Source: Octopus bimaculoides (lineage: Eukaryota). Taken from it: 64,000 nucleotides of DNA. The stretch is taken from assembly GCF_001194135.2 (NCBI RefSeq), contig NC_068984.1, positions 127,519,683-127,583,682 of the forward strand, in the 5' to 3' direction. The position numbers and the translations under genes were made by a program. Positions within the stretch are counted from its first letter, which is position 1. Each line of letters starts with the position of its first letter. The notes beneath the pieces are model-generated. The model made no database searches, was not told the DNA's origin, and saw nothing but the letters and a program-made list of their open reading frames with translations. This document shows positions 25,342-37,799 of this stretch, in pieces.

Positions 25342-25452
25342 TTAATAATGGTAAGTAGACGCCTTACTTCCAGGCCAGCAACAAGGATGACACCGAATAT
25401 TAGATAGTAAGTAATCTCCGATTGTGTTGGTGAGAAGCTGGACGGCGACCAT
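25342..25452 (-). promoter_or_regulatory. Upstream ORF, 36 aa (MVAVQLLTNTIGDYLLSNIRCHPCCWPGSKASTYHY*)
   Basis: Starts at CCACCATGG; TAA ends 101 nt before the MGNC ATG. Confidence 0.45.
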
Positions 25453-26162
25453 GGTGGAGCAACACACCCTGCTAACCGACAGACAGAGATGAGCTGTTTA
25501 GTTGCCGCTTTCTCTGTCTGGAGAAGTTAAAAGACACCAGTAGCAGCTGTAGTAGAATGTCGACTGATTGTATGGATGAATGTAAAAGCAGGCAAGAGGA
25601 GGCGTCGTCAGTGACAACAGGGAGAACAAGCGAGGACGGTGGTGGTATGGCGGCAGTTAAACGATCGGAAACGGAAATATGGTGGATCGATAAATCTAGG
25701 CTGTTAGCAGACGACACATGGAGAGGCAAACATTTAGTGGGGCGAACTTGGGAGAAATTAAATCATGTATATTTATTCAGAAATAACAGGAATATCCTTG
25801 TTAGAATATTATTTAAAATACTAGGGAAACAATTGATTCGCTAAAATTGAATGACAAATATAGCGAGGAATGAATTGTGATGGTAATTAAAGTTGGAGGA
25901 AAGGACAAAGTATTTTACTTCCAGCTTAGTAAAACCAGTCACGGTCAAACTGGTTTTACTAAGTTTGACCGTGAACGGTCCGTCGAAAGAAAAATTACTT
26001 TCAATTTTTTTTTTTAGTTGTGTAGCCCATCTAATGATGATGAACCATGTTTCATGCAGCCTGATTCTCAAGAAGAGTTACCTATGACTGTAATAAATTA
26101 ATACATTTAGGTGATGATGAACTAAATGATGATGCAAAAAATTGTAGAGCATCAGAGACAAG

Positions 26163-26301
26163 AAGTAGTAGTAGTAGTAGTAGTAGTCGTCGTCGTCGTC
26201 GTCGTAGTAGTAGTAGTAGTAGTAGCAGTAGTAGTAGTCGTCATAGAAGAGTAGTAGTAGTANNNNNNNNNNTAGTAGTCGTCGTCGTCGTCGTCGTCGT
26301 C

Positions 26302-26349
<48 letters not shown>
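26163..26349. repeat. Compound (TAG)n/(TCG)n microsatellite
   Basis: Seen directly; contains a 10-N gap. Confidence 0.95.
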
Positions 26350-26964
26350 ACTAACTTACAAAAATTAGGAACAAATTTTACAGAAATCTTAATTTTCATG
26401 TTTGGAAGAAAAATCTGGTTTTTGTTACCAGGTAAAGTGATATCTATAGACATGTTTGCTTATTATATGTTATGTATGTCATTGTTCACTTTTATTTCAA
26501 GATTTCTTGTCAATAGAGAAAGAGCCGGTTTCTAACCTTGATCCAAGGCTCTTTCAATGGAATTTCAACATCAACAACAGGGTATTTTTGTATGTATGTA
26601 TGTATGTATGTATGTATATGTACAGATTTGTATGTTTTGTTTCATGTGTGTATTCTCATGCATATAGTTGCATATCTAGACATGTTTATATATATTTAAA
26701 TGATAAACTTCTGGAAAGTTTTACAGACTTTTACAGTTCCAGTGAGCGATTGGATATGTAGTCTTTGAATTAGCTTTCTCTTTTCAAGTTTTGAGAAGCC
26801 TAATTTCTCAAGATTGGTATTTAGGCAGTGTGTTACATGTATGTATGTATGTATGTATGTGTGTGTATGTGTGTGTATGTATGTATGTATGTACGTATGT
26901 GTATGTAGGTGTATATGTATGTATGTGTGTATGTGTGTGTGTCTATGTATGTATGTATGTATGC

Positions 26965-27330
26965 ATAACAAAACAGGAAATTGCAAAATTTTTGGTATTA
27001 TTTATTCACCATTACACATGTTTCATTTGCTAATAGGAATTACAAAGTTTTACATGTTATTTAGACATGTAAAGAATTTCTTGGTAAGTCTTCGGGCTGA
27101 GAAATTAAATAATACCTATTATTATTACTTAAATTTCCTGTCTGAAGAATTTACGGTAGGACAAACAAAACAGGGAATTGGAAAATATTTGGTATTGTTT
27201 ATTCACCATTACACATGTTTCATTTGCTTATAGGAATTACAAAGTTTTACAAGATATTTAGACATGTAAAGAATTTCTTAGAAATTCTTCAGGCAGAGAA
27301 ATTAAATAAAACCTATTATGATTATTATTG
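26965..27330. repeat. Tandem duplication with a period of about 200 bp
   Basis: AAACAGG(A/G)AATTG...TTATTCACCATTACACATGTTT...TTTAGACATGTAAAGAATTTCTT...GAGAAATTAAATAA occurs twice; followed by (ATT)n at 27318-27419. Confidence 0.85.
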
Positions 27331-27373
27331 TTATTATTATTATTATTTATTATTATTACTATTATCATTATTA

Positions 27374-27422
<49 letters not shown>

Positions 27423-28189
27423 AGTTGCAAAAACTCACAAGAATATCACAAAAAACTGCTACTCAGAGTTTTGACAAAAAGGACAGTAAAACTCTGAGTA
27501 GCAGTTTTTCATAATATTTTTGTGATGCTTTTGCAGTTTAATAAATAAAAAAGCATATTACTCTACCTCTGGTATTTCAGAACTAGTTTTTCCTACCTTG
27601 TTTCACATTTATACGCTTACTTTGGTATATATGTCTGTATGTATTTATGTGTGTGTGTGTGTGTCTTCGTGTCTGTGCTTGTCCTCCCCCACCGCACCGT
27701 CACTTGACAGCCAATGGTGTTGTGTGCATGCCCCCGTAACTTAGTGGTTTGTCAAAAGAGACTCCTAGAATAAGTACTAGGCTTACAAAGAATAAGTCCT
27801 GGTGTCGATTTCTTCGACTAAAATCCTTTAAGGTGGTGCTCCAGCATGGCCGTAATCAAATGACTGAAACATGTAAAAGAATAAAAGAATATATATGTAT
27901 ATATCATCATCATCATCATCATCATCATCGTTTAACGTCCGCTTTCCATGCTAGCATGGGTTGGACGATTTGACTGAGGACTGGTGAAACCGGATGGCAA
28001 CACCAGGCTCCAGTCTGATTTGGCAGAGTTTCTACAGCTGGATGCCCTTCCTAACGCCAACCACTCAGAGAGTGTAGTGGGTGCTTTTACGTGTCAAGCA
28101 TACATGTACAGGTATAGTATCAATCTTCCTGACCCTTTGTACCAGGGGTAGTCATGTTGGTCAACGTGCTCTAAATTAAATTAGTATTG

Positions 28190-28405
28190 GTTTCAAATTT
28201 TGGCACAAGGCCAGCAAGTTTGGGGGAGGGGGTAAGTCGATAACATTGACTGCAGTGTTCAACTGGTTGTTATTTTACCAAGCCCAGAAAGATGAAAAGC
28301 AAAGTCAGTCTCGGTGACATTTGAACTTAGAACATAGAGACAGACAAGACACCACTAAGCATTTTGCCGGGCTTGCTAACAATTCTGCCAGCTTACCACC
28401 TTAAA
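28190..28405 (-). mobile_element. SINE family C
   Basis: Homologous to 53608-53819; flanking TAAATTAAAT repeat. Further copies at 34240-34470 (-), 34560-34770 (+), 46520-46725 (-), 47080-47330 (+), 49425-49640 (-), 59190-59405 (-) and 59700-59915 (-). Confidence 0.75.
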
Positions 28406-28560
28406 TTAAATAAATATTAAATTTACTTACATAATTAAATGAAATACAGGTACCTGTACATTAATATAAGTTCGTGCATATTATAAGAGGTTTTAAACCA
28501 CCAGTATCCAGGAAGTTGGGTAGTACTTGTATACATAAATTGCAATAAAGACTGCAAACA

Positions 28561-28934
28561 CAGATGTTCAGGTGCAATAAAGACTGCAAACAAACAGGAA
28601 ACAACTTCTATCTCATTCCAGGGTGAAAAACTAGAGGTAGTCGATAGCTTCCGCTATCTGGGCGACCAAGTTAGTAGTGGGGGTGGGTGCGCTGAAAGTG
28701 TAGCTGCTAGAATAAGAATAGCCTGGGCAAAGTTTAGAGAGCTCTTACCCCTGCTGGCGACAAAGGGACTCTCACTCAGAGTAAAAGGCAGACTGTATGA
28801 CGCATGCGTACGAACAACCATGCTACATGGCAGTGAAACATGGGCTGTAACTGCTGAGGACATACGTAAGCTCGCAAGGAATGAAGCCAGTATGCTCCGT
28901 TGGATGTGTAATGTCAATGTGAATACCCGTCAGA
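28561..28934 (+). mobile_element. Young 5'-truncated RTE-LINE running into a gap
   Basis: Stop-free frame RCSGAIKTANKQETTSISFQGEKLEVVDSFRYLGDQVSSGGGCAESVAARIRIAWAKFRELLPLLATKGLSLRVKGRLYDACVRTTMLHGSETWAV..., typical of the RTE post-RT region. Confidence 0.92.
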
Positions 28935-29868
28935 NNNNNNNNNNNNNNNNNNNNNNNNNNNNNNNNNNNNNNNNNNNNNNNNNNNNNNNNNNNNNNNNNN
29001 NNNNNNNNNNNNNNNNNNNNNNNNNNNNNNNNNNNNNNNNNNNNNNNNNNNNNNNNNNNNNNNNNNNNNNNNNNNNNNNNNNNNNNNNNNNNNNNNNNNN
29101 NNNNNNNNNNNNNNNNNNNNNNNNNNNNNNNNNNNNNNNNNNNNNNNNNNNNNNNNNNNNNNNNNNNNNNNNNNNNNNNNNNNNNNNNNNNNNNNNNNNN
29201 NNNNNNNNNNNNNNNNNNNNNNNNNNNNNNNNNNNNNNNNNNNNNNNNNNNNNNNNNNNNNNNNNNNNNNNNNNNNNNNNNNNNNNNNNNNNNNNNNNNN
29301 NNNNNNNNNNNNNNNNNNNNNNNNNNNNNNNNNNNNNNNNNNNNNNNNNNNNNNNNNNNNNNNNNNNNNNNNNNNNNNNNNNNNNNNNNNNNNNNNNNNN
29401 NNNNNNNNNNNNNNNNNNNNNNNNNNNNNNNNNNNNNNNNNNNNNNNNNNNNNNNNNNNNNNNNNNNNNNNNNNNNNNNNNNNNNNNNNNNNNNNNNNNN
29501 NNNNNNNNNNNNNNNNNNNNNNNNNNNNNNNNNNNNNNNNNNNNNNNNNNNNNNNNNNNNNNNNNNNNNNNNNNNNNNNNNNNNNNNNNNNNNNNNNNNN
29601 NNNNNNNNNNNNNNNNNNNNNNNNNNNNNNNNNNNNNNNNNNNNNNNNNNNNNNNNNNNNNNNNNNNNNNNNNNNNNNNNNNNNNNNNNNNNNNNNNNNN
29701 NNNNNNNNNNNNNNNNNNNNNNNNNNNNNNNNNNNNNNNNNNNNNNNNNNNNNNNNNNNNNNNNNNNNNNNNNNNNNNNNNNNNNNATATATATATATAT
29801 ATACATACATCTATACATATACATATAATATATATACACACATATATACATGCATATACATACATACA

Positions 29869-29900
<32 letters not shown>

Positions 29901-31103
29901 GTGATTATGGGTTGAGAAGTTTAACAATAAAGAGTATTTTAATAAAGTGAAGTATAGAGGAATTTTTATTGACTCTGAAAAATATATTAATTTTGCAGGA
30001 CAGAAGCAACAACTGACAGTTTGAGATCTAAATTTCCTTGAAAATAATTTTGTATCTTCAGTAGACCAAAAAAAAGTCTGTCTTTGTTGAGCGGCAATTT
30101 TTTCAAACAACCTCTATACACATACTCTCACATATCAACACACATACACATTCTATCCTCAACTGTAAGAACAGATAGAGAAAGTAAAAGTGAAAAAGAG
30201 AACAAGAAAAAAGTAGAGATAGAAAGGGATAAAAAAAAGGAAGTGTAGGAAAAATTTTCAGAAAAATCCAAATATTTCCAGGTTTCAAGCAAAACATTTA
30301 CAAGAAAAATCAGGGAAATTTTGAAAAATATTTTCTGATTAAGAAGTTTAATGGGGAAAGATAAAACCATTTTCCTGCATGAAAGAGGTTATGGGGTAGG
30401 TGTCCAATATCTAAGTATGAATTTTCTTTCATGTATGTTTGAAGACCTCTATTTCTGTATTAAATACAATCATGGCATTCACAAGTTCTATAGAATTATA
30501 TTCTTACTTTACTGTGCAGAGCTTCAACATGATTGCTTGACCTACTGGAAATACTACTGGAAATAGCAGCCAAATTTCCTTGAAATTCTACCCTAACGTC
30601 TTAAATAAAAGATATATTGGATAATGTAGTTCCTGATATACAAAAAGACAGAGTGGTTACAATAAAAACCTCTTTTATTGTAAGTCTGTCCAGTCACAAC
30701 TGATCTGGATCTAAACAACAACCAAATTTACTTTGAGCCAACACGGTAAGGCCTCTATGCAGTCACTCAAAAGGTTTGGAGTAATAACAAAATTTCCTTC
30801 AAATGACATCTGATCATTTTAAATTGGTCAATATAATCCTATATAGAATGATAACCGCAATTTCTATTTTAGTATGATCGCAACTGTCTGACAGACAGTA
30901 ACATGAAACTGAGTAAGAGTTTTGAAAATTTTTTTGGGCTTTAATAAACAACATATTACTCTACCTTTGGTATTCAAGTACTAATTTTCCCACCTTGTTT
31001 TGCATTCATGTGCTTATTTGTGTGTATATAAAATAATATAAATATGACATAAACTAGGGGAAAAATCATCAGAAAAATTTTCTCCATTTGTATCTTTAAA
31101 GAT

Positions 31104-31348
31104 TTAACCCTTTTAGTATTCAGATCATTCTGTCAAATGTAATGCTTATTCATTAACACTATTTTGAATTAATCATTACCTTGTATTAAGTATTACCTAA
31201 TAGTTTTGAGATTTTGATGTTGCAACTGTATATTTTTAGAATGACATTGTAGGATAGGTGTCAGGGGTCATATCTGGCCAGTTTGAACATAAAAAAACAG
31301 GTAGACTATTTCAGCCGAATATGGCCAGTTTAAATGCTAAAGGGTTAA
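31104..31348. mobile_element. piggyBac-type MITE with TTAA ends
   Basis: TTAA-CCCTTTTAGTATT ... AATGCTAAAGGG-TTAA; other copies at 10942-11170, 49068-49294 and 60098-60308. Confidence 0.75.
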
Positions 31349-31827
31349 ACAATTTAACTGTAGATTTAATTTTGCAGACCCCCTTTTCTTTAAAAACCAA
31401 GTAACTAATTTTCTAATTATGCCAGTTGATAATGACTTACATTTATTTTTGAATATCAGCATTAAGCAAAAGGTTTATTTGTTGGATAATCTTTTGCTTG
31501 TTTCACTCATAGGACTGTGGCCATGCAGGAGCACCACCTTGAAAGGTTTAGTCAAACAAATCAACCCCAGTACTTATTTTTTTAAGTATTAGTTCCTTTT
31601 GCTAAACAGCAAAATGACAAGAACATAAACAAACTAACACCAGTTGTCAAGCAGTGGTGGAGGACAAACACAAGCACAAAGTTACACATGCACATAATTA
31701 TCTTTTATCTTTCACTTGTTTCAGTTATTAGACAGTGGATATATACTGGGGGACCACCTTGACGGGTTCAAGTCAAACAAATCAACCCCTATACTTAATT
31801 TTTCTTAAGCCTGGTCCTTATTCAATA

Positions 31828-31991
31828 ATAACAGAATCAACAGTACTCAGGCGAAATGGATCAAAAAATTCCCTCACATACCTATATAGCATAAAGCTAC
31901 ATACTAATACCAAAAAATATAGCTTTATGCTATATAGGTATGTGGAGGAGTTTTTCGATCTCTTTTGGCCGAGTACTGCTGATTCTGTTAT
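31828..31991. repeat. Fold-back element, 72-bp arms, inner 25 bp perfect, 20-nt loop
   Basis: 31875-31899 is the exact reverse complement of 31920-31944. Confidence 0.85.
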
Positions 31992-32229
31992 CATTTTCAG
32001 TGTTAATTTGGTGGGTTAAACAAGGGTTTTAGCTCTCATTTCTAGCAGGTAGATGTATGCGTACATTCTTGTTATTGATATAATTTTAATTCTATAGCTA
32101 TATAATACTATTTTAGGCCTGCAACCACCTATATTAATATTGCTGTTATTATCAACTATTTGTATTGCCTTTGATAATAATAGCAATATTAATATCCATA
32201 TAAATGTTCAATCCTGAAAATTTGCTCCT

Positions 32230-32277
<48 letters not shown>

Positions 32278-32629
32278 GTATATATCATCATCATCATCAT
32301 TTAACATCCATTGTCCATGCTNNNNNNNNNNNNNNNNNNNNNNNNNNNNNNNNNNNNNNNNNNNNNNNNNNNNNNNNNNNNNNNNNNNNNNNNNNNNNNN
32401 NNNNNNNNNNNNNNNNNNNNNNNNNNNNNNNNNNNNNNNNNNNNNNNNNNNNNNNNNNNNNNNNNNNNNNNNNNNNNNNNNNNNNNNNNNNNNNNNNNNN
32501 NNNNNNNNNNNNNNNNNNNNNNNNNNNNNNNNNNNNNNNNNNNNNNNNNNNNNNNNNNNNNNNNNNNNNNNNNNNNNNNNNNNNNNNNNNNNNNNNNNNN
32601 NNNNNNNNNNNNNNNNNNNNNNNNNNNNN

Positions 32630-32697
32630 AGAGAAAGAGGGAGAAAGAAAGAGGGAGAGAGAAAGAGGGAGAGAGAAAGAGGGAGGGAGAGAGGCAG

Positions 32698-32737
<40 letters not shown>

Positions 32738-32945
32738 TGGCTGGCTGGCTGGCTGGCTGGCTGGTTGGCTGGTTGGCTGGTTGGCTGGCTGGCTGGCTGG
32801 CTGGATGAATGGATGGATGGATGGGTGGATGGATGGATAGATAGATAAAGAGAGAGAGATAGAAAGTGAGAGGGAGAGACGGACAGACAGACAGACAGAT
32901 AGACAGGTAGACAGACAGATCAATAGATGGATGGATGGATGGATG

Positions 32946-33003
<58 letters not shown>

Positions 33004-33006
33004 CAG
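32630..33006. repeat. Compound microsatellite (GA, GATA, GGCT, GGAT, GACA)
   Basis: Seen directly. Confidence 0.95.
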
Positions 33007-35400
33007 ACATTTATACATGCACAGATACATATGACAGGTTTCTTTCCATTTTCTTCTTCCAAATCCACTCACTGCTTTATTTGGCTTGGGGCTATGCCCA
33101 AGGTGCCATGCAGTGAGACATTTTTCTTTTTTAAAATAGCTTGATATCGTTTCTATATTCCAACAGTTAACTACTTAATCATGCAAATGGAGTTAAGTAT
33201 TTTTCTCATGAGTTAGCACAAGGTATTGAGAATAAAAAGGTTTGAAATTTTGAACATGTAATTAATCTATTGACCAGCATTTCAATTTACGTTGATAATA
33301 TCTAGAATTCATTTTTTTTAAAATTAACAAAAAAATAATATTAACACATTTAAATAGCCATAATAAAACATTATTGTATGGCAAAAACATAAATAATAGC
33401 TTCAAAAAAGAAATGAAACCCATTCATCAGATCTTTTGTCTGTACAGTTATGTGCTGACAGGATTTCTCTTTCTATTCATAACATTTATCATTTATTACA
33501 GAGAACAGTAACCATTCCCAATGTAAGGCCGTAATTAAATCTTCCTTCCTTTTACTTGCATGTACCAAATAACGATAATAATTCTCAGATACTTCCTAAA
33601 TTCATTTGAACTCAACTCAACAAGGGAACCACTGTGTGATCGTTTGACCTCTTAGAAACAGCAACTGAATGCTATTTTATTTTATTTATTTTTTTTTGTT
33701 ACCTTCTGTTTTTTTTGCCTTTTCTTTTTAATGGCTTAGTCAGAGAAGAAAGGGTAGCATCTATGATCCTTTCCAGAACCTCTGTGACCCCTGTTAAAAA
33801 CTAGGATACTGTAAATATTTCCAACTAATGGCATTCCTCAATTAAACACACTTAAAAAGATATGAAACAAAACCATTTTTTAAAAATAATAAATTGAATA
33901 ACAATAACTTCTGAAAATATATGACCACGAGTTGACAAATTTGTTAATGTTAGATAAAATTCCTTGCAGTATTTAGATCAGGCGCTATATATTCAGTGTT
34001 CAAATCCTATTGAGATAAATTTTGCTTTTCATTTCTCTGGAGTCTGTCAAGAACGATATCAGTCAAGTAGTGTGGTTGATTTCATGTACTGATACTAATG
34101 CTTCTCTCTTGTTTTTTTCAAATAGGTGACTCTGGCTGAAGATCTGAAATGAATCTTCTTTGTGCTGCATGTATGTTGAGGATGAATGATGGTGTATTCA
34201 TCCTTAACACACATGTTAAGGATGGCTTCAGAATTCCTGCAAGAAGCGGCAACCCATAGCATTGGATGAAAAGATGAAAAGCAAAGTCAACATCAGCAGA
34301 ATTTGAACTCAGAACGTAACGGCAGACGAAATACCGCTAAGCATTTCGCCCAGCATGCTAACATTTCTTATTTCTTTACTGCCCACAAGGGGCTACACAC
34401 AGAGGGCACAAACAAGGACAGACAAACGGATTAAGTTGATTATATCGACCCCAGTGCATAACTGGTATTTATTTTGCCTGATGCTCTAGCTCTGAAAAAA
34501 GACAAATTAGGTGAAGAAAAGTTAACTTGTCTTTGCTGGGTAAGGGATTAATATTGATCAAGGTGGTGGACTGACAGAATTATTAGCATGCAAGGCAAAA
34601 TACTTAGCAGCAGTTTATCTGTCTTTATGTTCTGAATTCAAATTCTAGCTAGGTCAACTTTGCCTTTCATCCCTTTGTGACCAATAAAATAAGTACCAGT
34701 TGAGCCCTAGGGGCAATGTAATCTACTTGTCCCCTCCTCTGAGATTTTGTGCCAAAATTTGAAATTATTATTGATTAAGGTGACAAGCTGGCAAAATTGT
34801 TAGCACAACAGACAAAGTGCAAGAACAGCTTTGCCTTTCATCATTTCGAGATCAATGAAATAAGTATCACTTCTCAGTTTTCACATTATTCTTTTTTTAA
34901 ACTCAATATTTTATTGTAATTCGGATGGTATTTGATTTCTAGATATCAAGCTTTATCTCACAGCCTTAGATATCTAGTACCTTTCTTATAGTTCTTGAAG
35001 TGCCAAGCAAACAAATTTTCTGTAGAGTCAGGATATTCACCTCAATATCCAATACTTTCAACCAACCAAAACTCTTACTACTATCCCTAAGGCTCTGATT
35101 ATAACTGAAATAATATACCATTTACAGCAATGTCTTGAATGTCATACCTTAAGTCCTGGTTTATTCTATTTCCTTATATTCTGTCTAGCACTCTACTATT
35201 AATCGAGCAAGCAATATCAGTTGAACCACATTTAAAAACTGTTTTGCATAATAGAAAAGTGCAAGTGCTGCCTGATCTCTTTTGTAAATAGATCACTCGT
35301 TTTAATTCTAGGTACTGGCAACTTTATAACTATATAGGATAACATCTTTTAGAGGATGTATAATGTGATTAGCAAATTTGCATTTCAAAGATAAATACAT

Positions 35401-35437
<37 letters not shown>

Positions 35438-35441
35438 AGTA

Positions 35442-35484
<43 letters not shown>

Positions 35485-35495
35485 TTGTCTCTCTG

Positions 35496-35554
<59 letters not shown>

Positions 35555-37799
35555 GTGCGTGCATGTGTGTGTGTATGTGTGTGTGATGCACAATATGATG
35601 AGAATCAGAAAGACATCAGTAATTTTGAATATGAGAGAGACATAGTTGTGAGATGAAATTATGAGAATGTAAGAATATTCCTTCAATGCTATTGACATGC
35701 AGAAAAAAGTTCCTCAAAGAGAATACACCTTATTTCCCTTCCCAATTAATAGCAAAGAATACAGTTATTAATTCTTAGTTGGAGCATTTTCTTTTCAACT
35801 ATTATTACTTGAGAAAGGCATTAATATCACCCAAGCTCATCTCTCCTCAATTAAACTGTGAACATATTTTATATGTGATAACTCCAAGTTTTTTTTTTGC
35901 GGGGGGGTTGTCATTTACACTCTTTACACAGCCTCCAAGACTGCTAGAAGGAACTGAGAAAAGCATGCTCAAATTAAAGACATAACCCAAATGCTTTGCA
36001 ACATAGTGAACATCACTAAAGACATTATGGGCTAGCTAGTTGTGTTAAACTGGACAATGGATTAACTCTATATTCCAAGTAGGCCACAGCAAGATTTGAA
36101 CTCTGTGTATTCCCTATTTGATACTCTAATGGTTTCAGTTCACTGCCCTTGGCTGGTATTTTTTTATTAACCCAAAATGATGAGAGGTGAGGAGCAAATA
36201 TGAAGGTTATCATATTTGATGGCCTAAAAGATACATGGGCATATTGGAAGCATTTCGAAATCAGTAGCACATATTCAAGAAATAAAGTTTTTAGTGCATC
36301 AAAGCAGGTAATATAGGCCCAACTTCACACATAGGACCCAGAGTGTTTTTTGTTTTTTCAAGATATATTTTTGTAAAAAAAATGTTTCTCACTACCATCA
36401 AATACAGTAATTTTACATGTCACGGTTGTGTGGTTAAGAAGTTTGATTCACAAGATTCACAACCACATGGTTTCTGGTTGAACCTCATCTGTCTGACCAT
36501 GACAAATTAAGTAACAGAATGTAGGAGTAAGTAAATATTTATTCATGTCCTTTATTATCAATACAATCAATAGCAGTAATAGTATAGAGAGAGAGAGGCC
36601 GAATCAATCAATTTAATTATACCTCCGTCCATCTCTACCACACACAAACGATTGACTCTACATGCAGAAGAAATCAATGTTTAGTCACTGATGACATCAT
36701 GTAGCATGCGTGTGTGTCTGCTTCTGTGTGCATGTGCATGAGTGTGTGTATGCATGTGTATATGTGTATGCATGCATTTGTAAGTATATAAATTATATAT
36801 AACATGCACATATATATATATAACTGTCATTTACAACAGGAGAGTCTACCATATATCTATAATATGTATGTGCACGTACATACTCACACACACACACATA
36901 CACTCTCATACACATACACAAACACCCCCCATCATTTCATCATACAGCTAGATAGATTAATTGTGTGCAGAAAATCTTGTTTCATACCTTAATTGAATAT
37001 TCAAATGGTTTAAGTGGCATCAATGGTACACAACAGACCTATGATAAAAATAATATGATGAAACATTTGCGCACAAATTAGTTGGTGAGAATGATGACAA
37101 TAAATTACGATATATCATTTTGTCTTTATTTTTCCCAACCTACCACAAAATGTATAGAGCTGTTCCAGTGGTGGTACACTAATGCCAAGTTATTAAAACA
37201 GTACATGCTGATACAAAGATGTTGAAGGTACAAGTTTGATAATGGATAGCAATATATACAGATTTACATTTAAGTTTTTATTTTCAATGACACCTGATGT
37301 GAAATTGTGTGTGGAAACAGATATTGTTATATTTTGGGATGGTCATTTTTTTTTTTTTTGCTAAATGAACACAACACTAAATACTCATTCTTCACTTCAG
37401 TTTTATTATTACTATTCTTATTTTAGCGTCCTTTGTCTGAAATCTTTTATCACACCACCTGTGACCACTTCAGCAACTCTCCATCCTATGTGTCTCTTCC
37501 TGTCCTCTAAACAAGATTTCAGACAAAGAACACTAAAACAAGAACAATAATAAAGCTGAAGTGAAGAATAAGTATATAGTACGAGTGTTTATTTGGTATG
37601 CAAAAAGGAAAACAGAACAAATGAAAATCCCAAAATATAACAATAATAAATAAAATATATGGATAAAATCTATATAAGATTTATAAAATCTATATAAAAT
37701 CTATATAAGATTTTATTGAGTAGCCAGCATGTAAACCAATTAAGGAAAAAATTAATACAAGGTATCTAATTTTTTCCTTTATATATAAAATACATTATA

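Larger units (their letters stand above)
25200..25517 (-). other. Putative exon (mostly 5' UTR) containing the MGNC start
   Basis: Pyrimidine-rich acceptor gtgtcttttaacttctccag| at 25518 and donor at 25199. Alternatively a first exon starting near an Inr-like TCAGTC at 25567-25562. Confidence 0.45.

Noticed and set aside
25557-25844. 95-aa plus-strand ORF (MSTDCMDECK...)
   Set aside because: No homology recognised and no splice support; probably the antisense shadow of a GC-richer 5' region.
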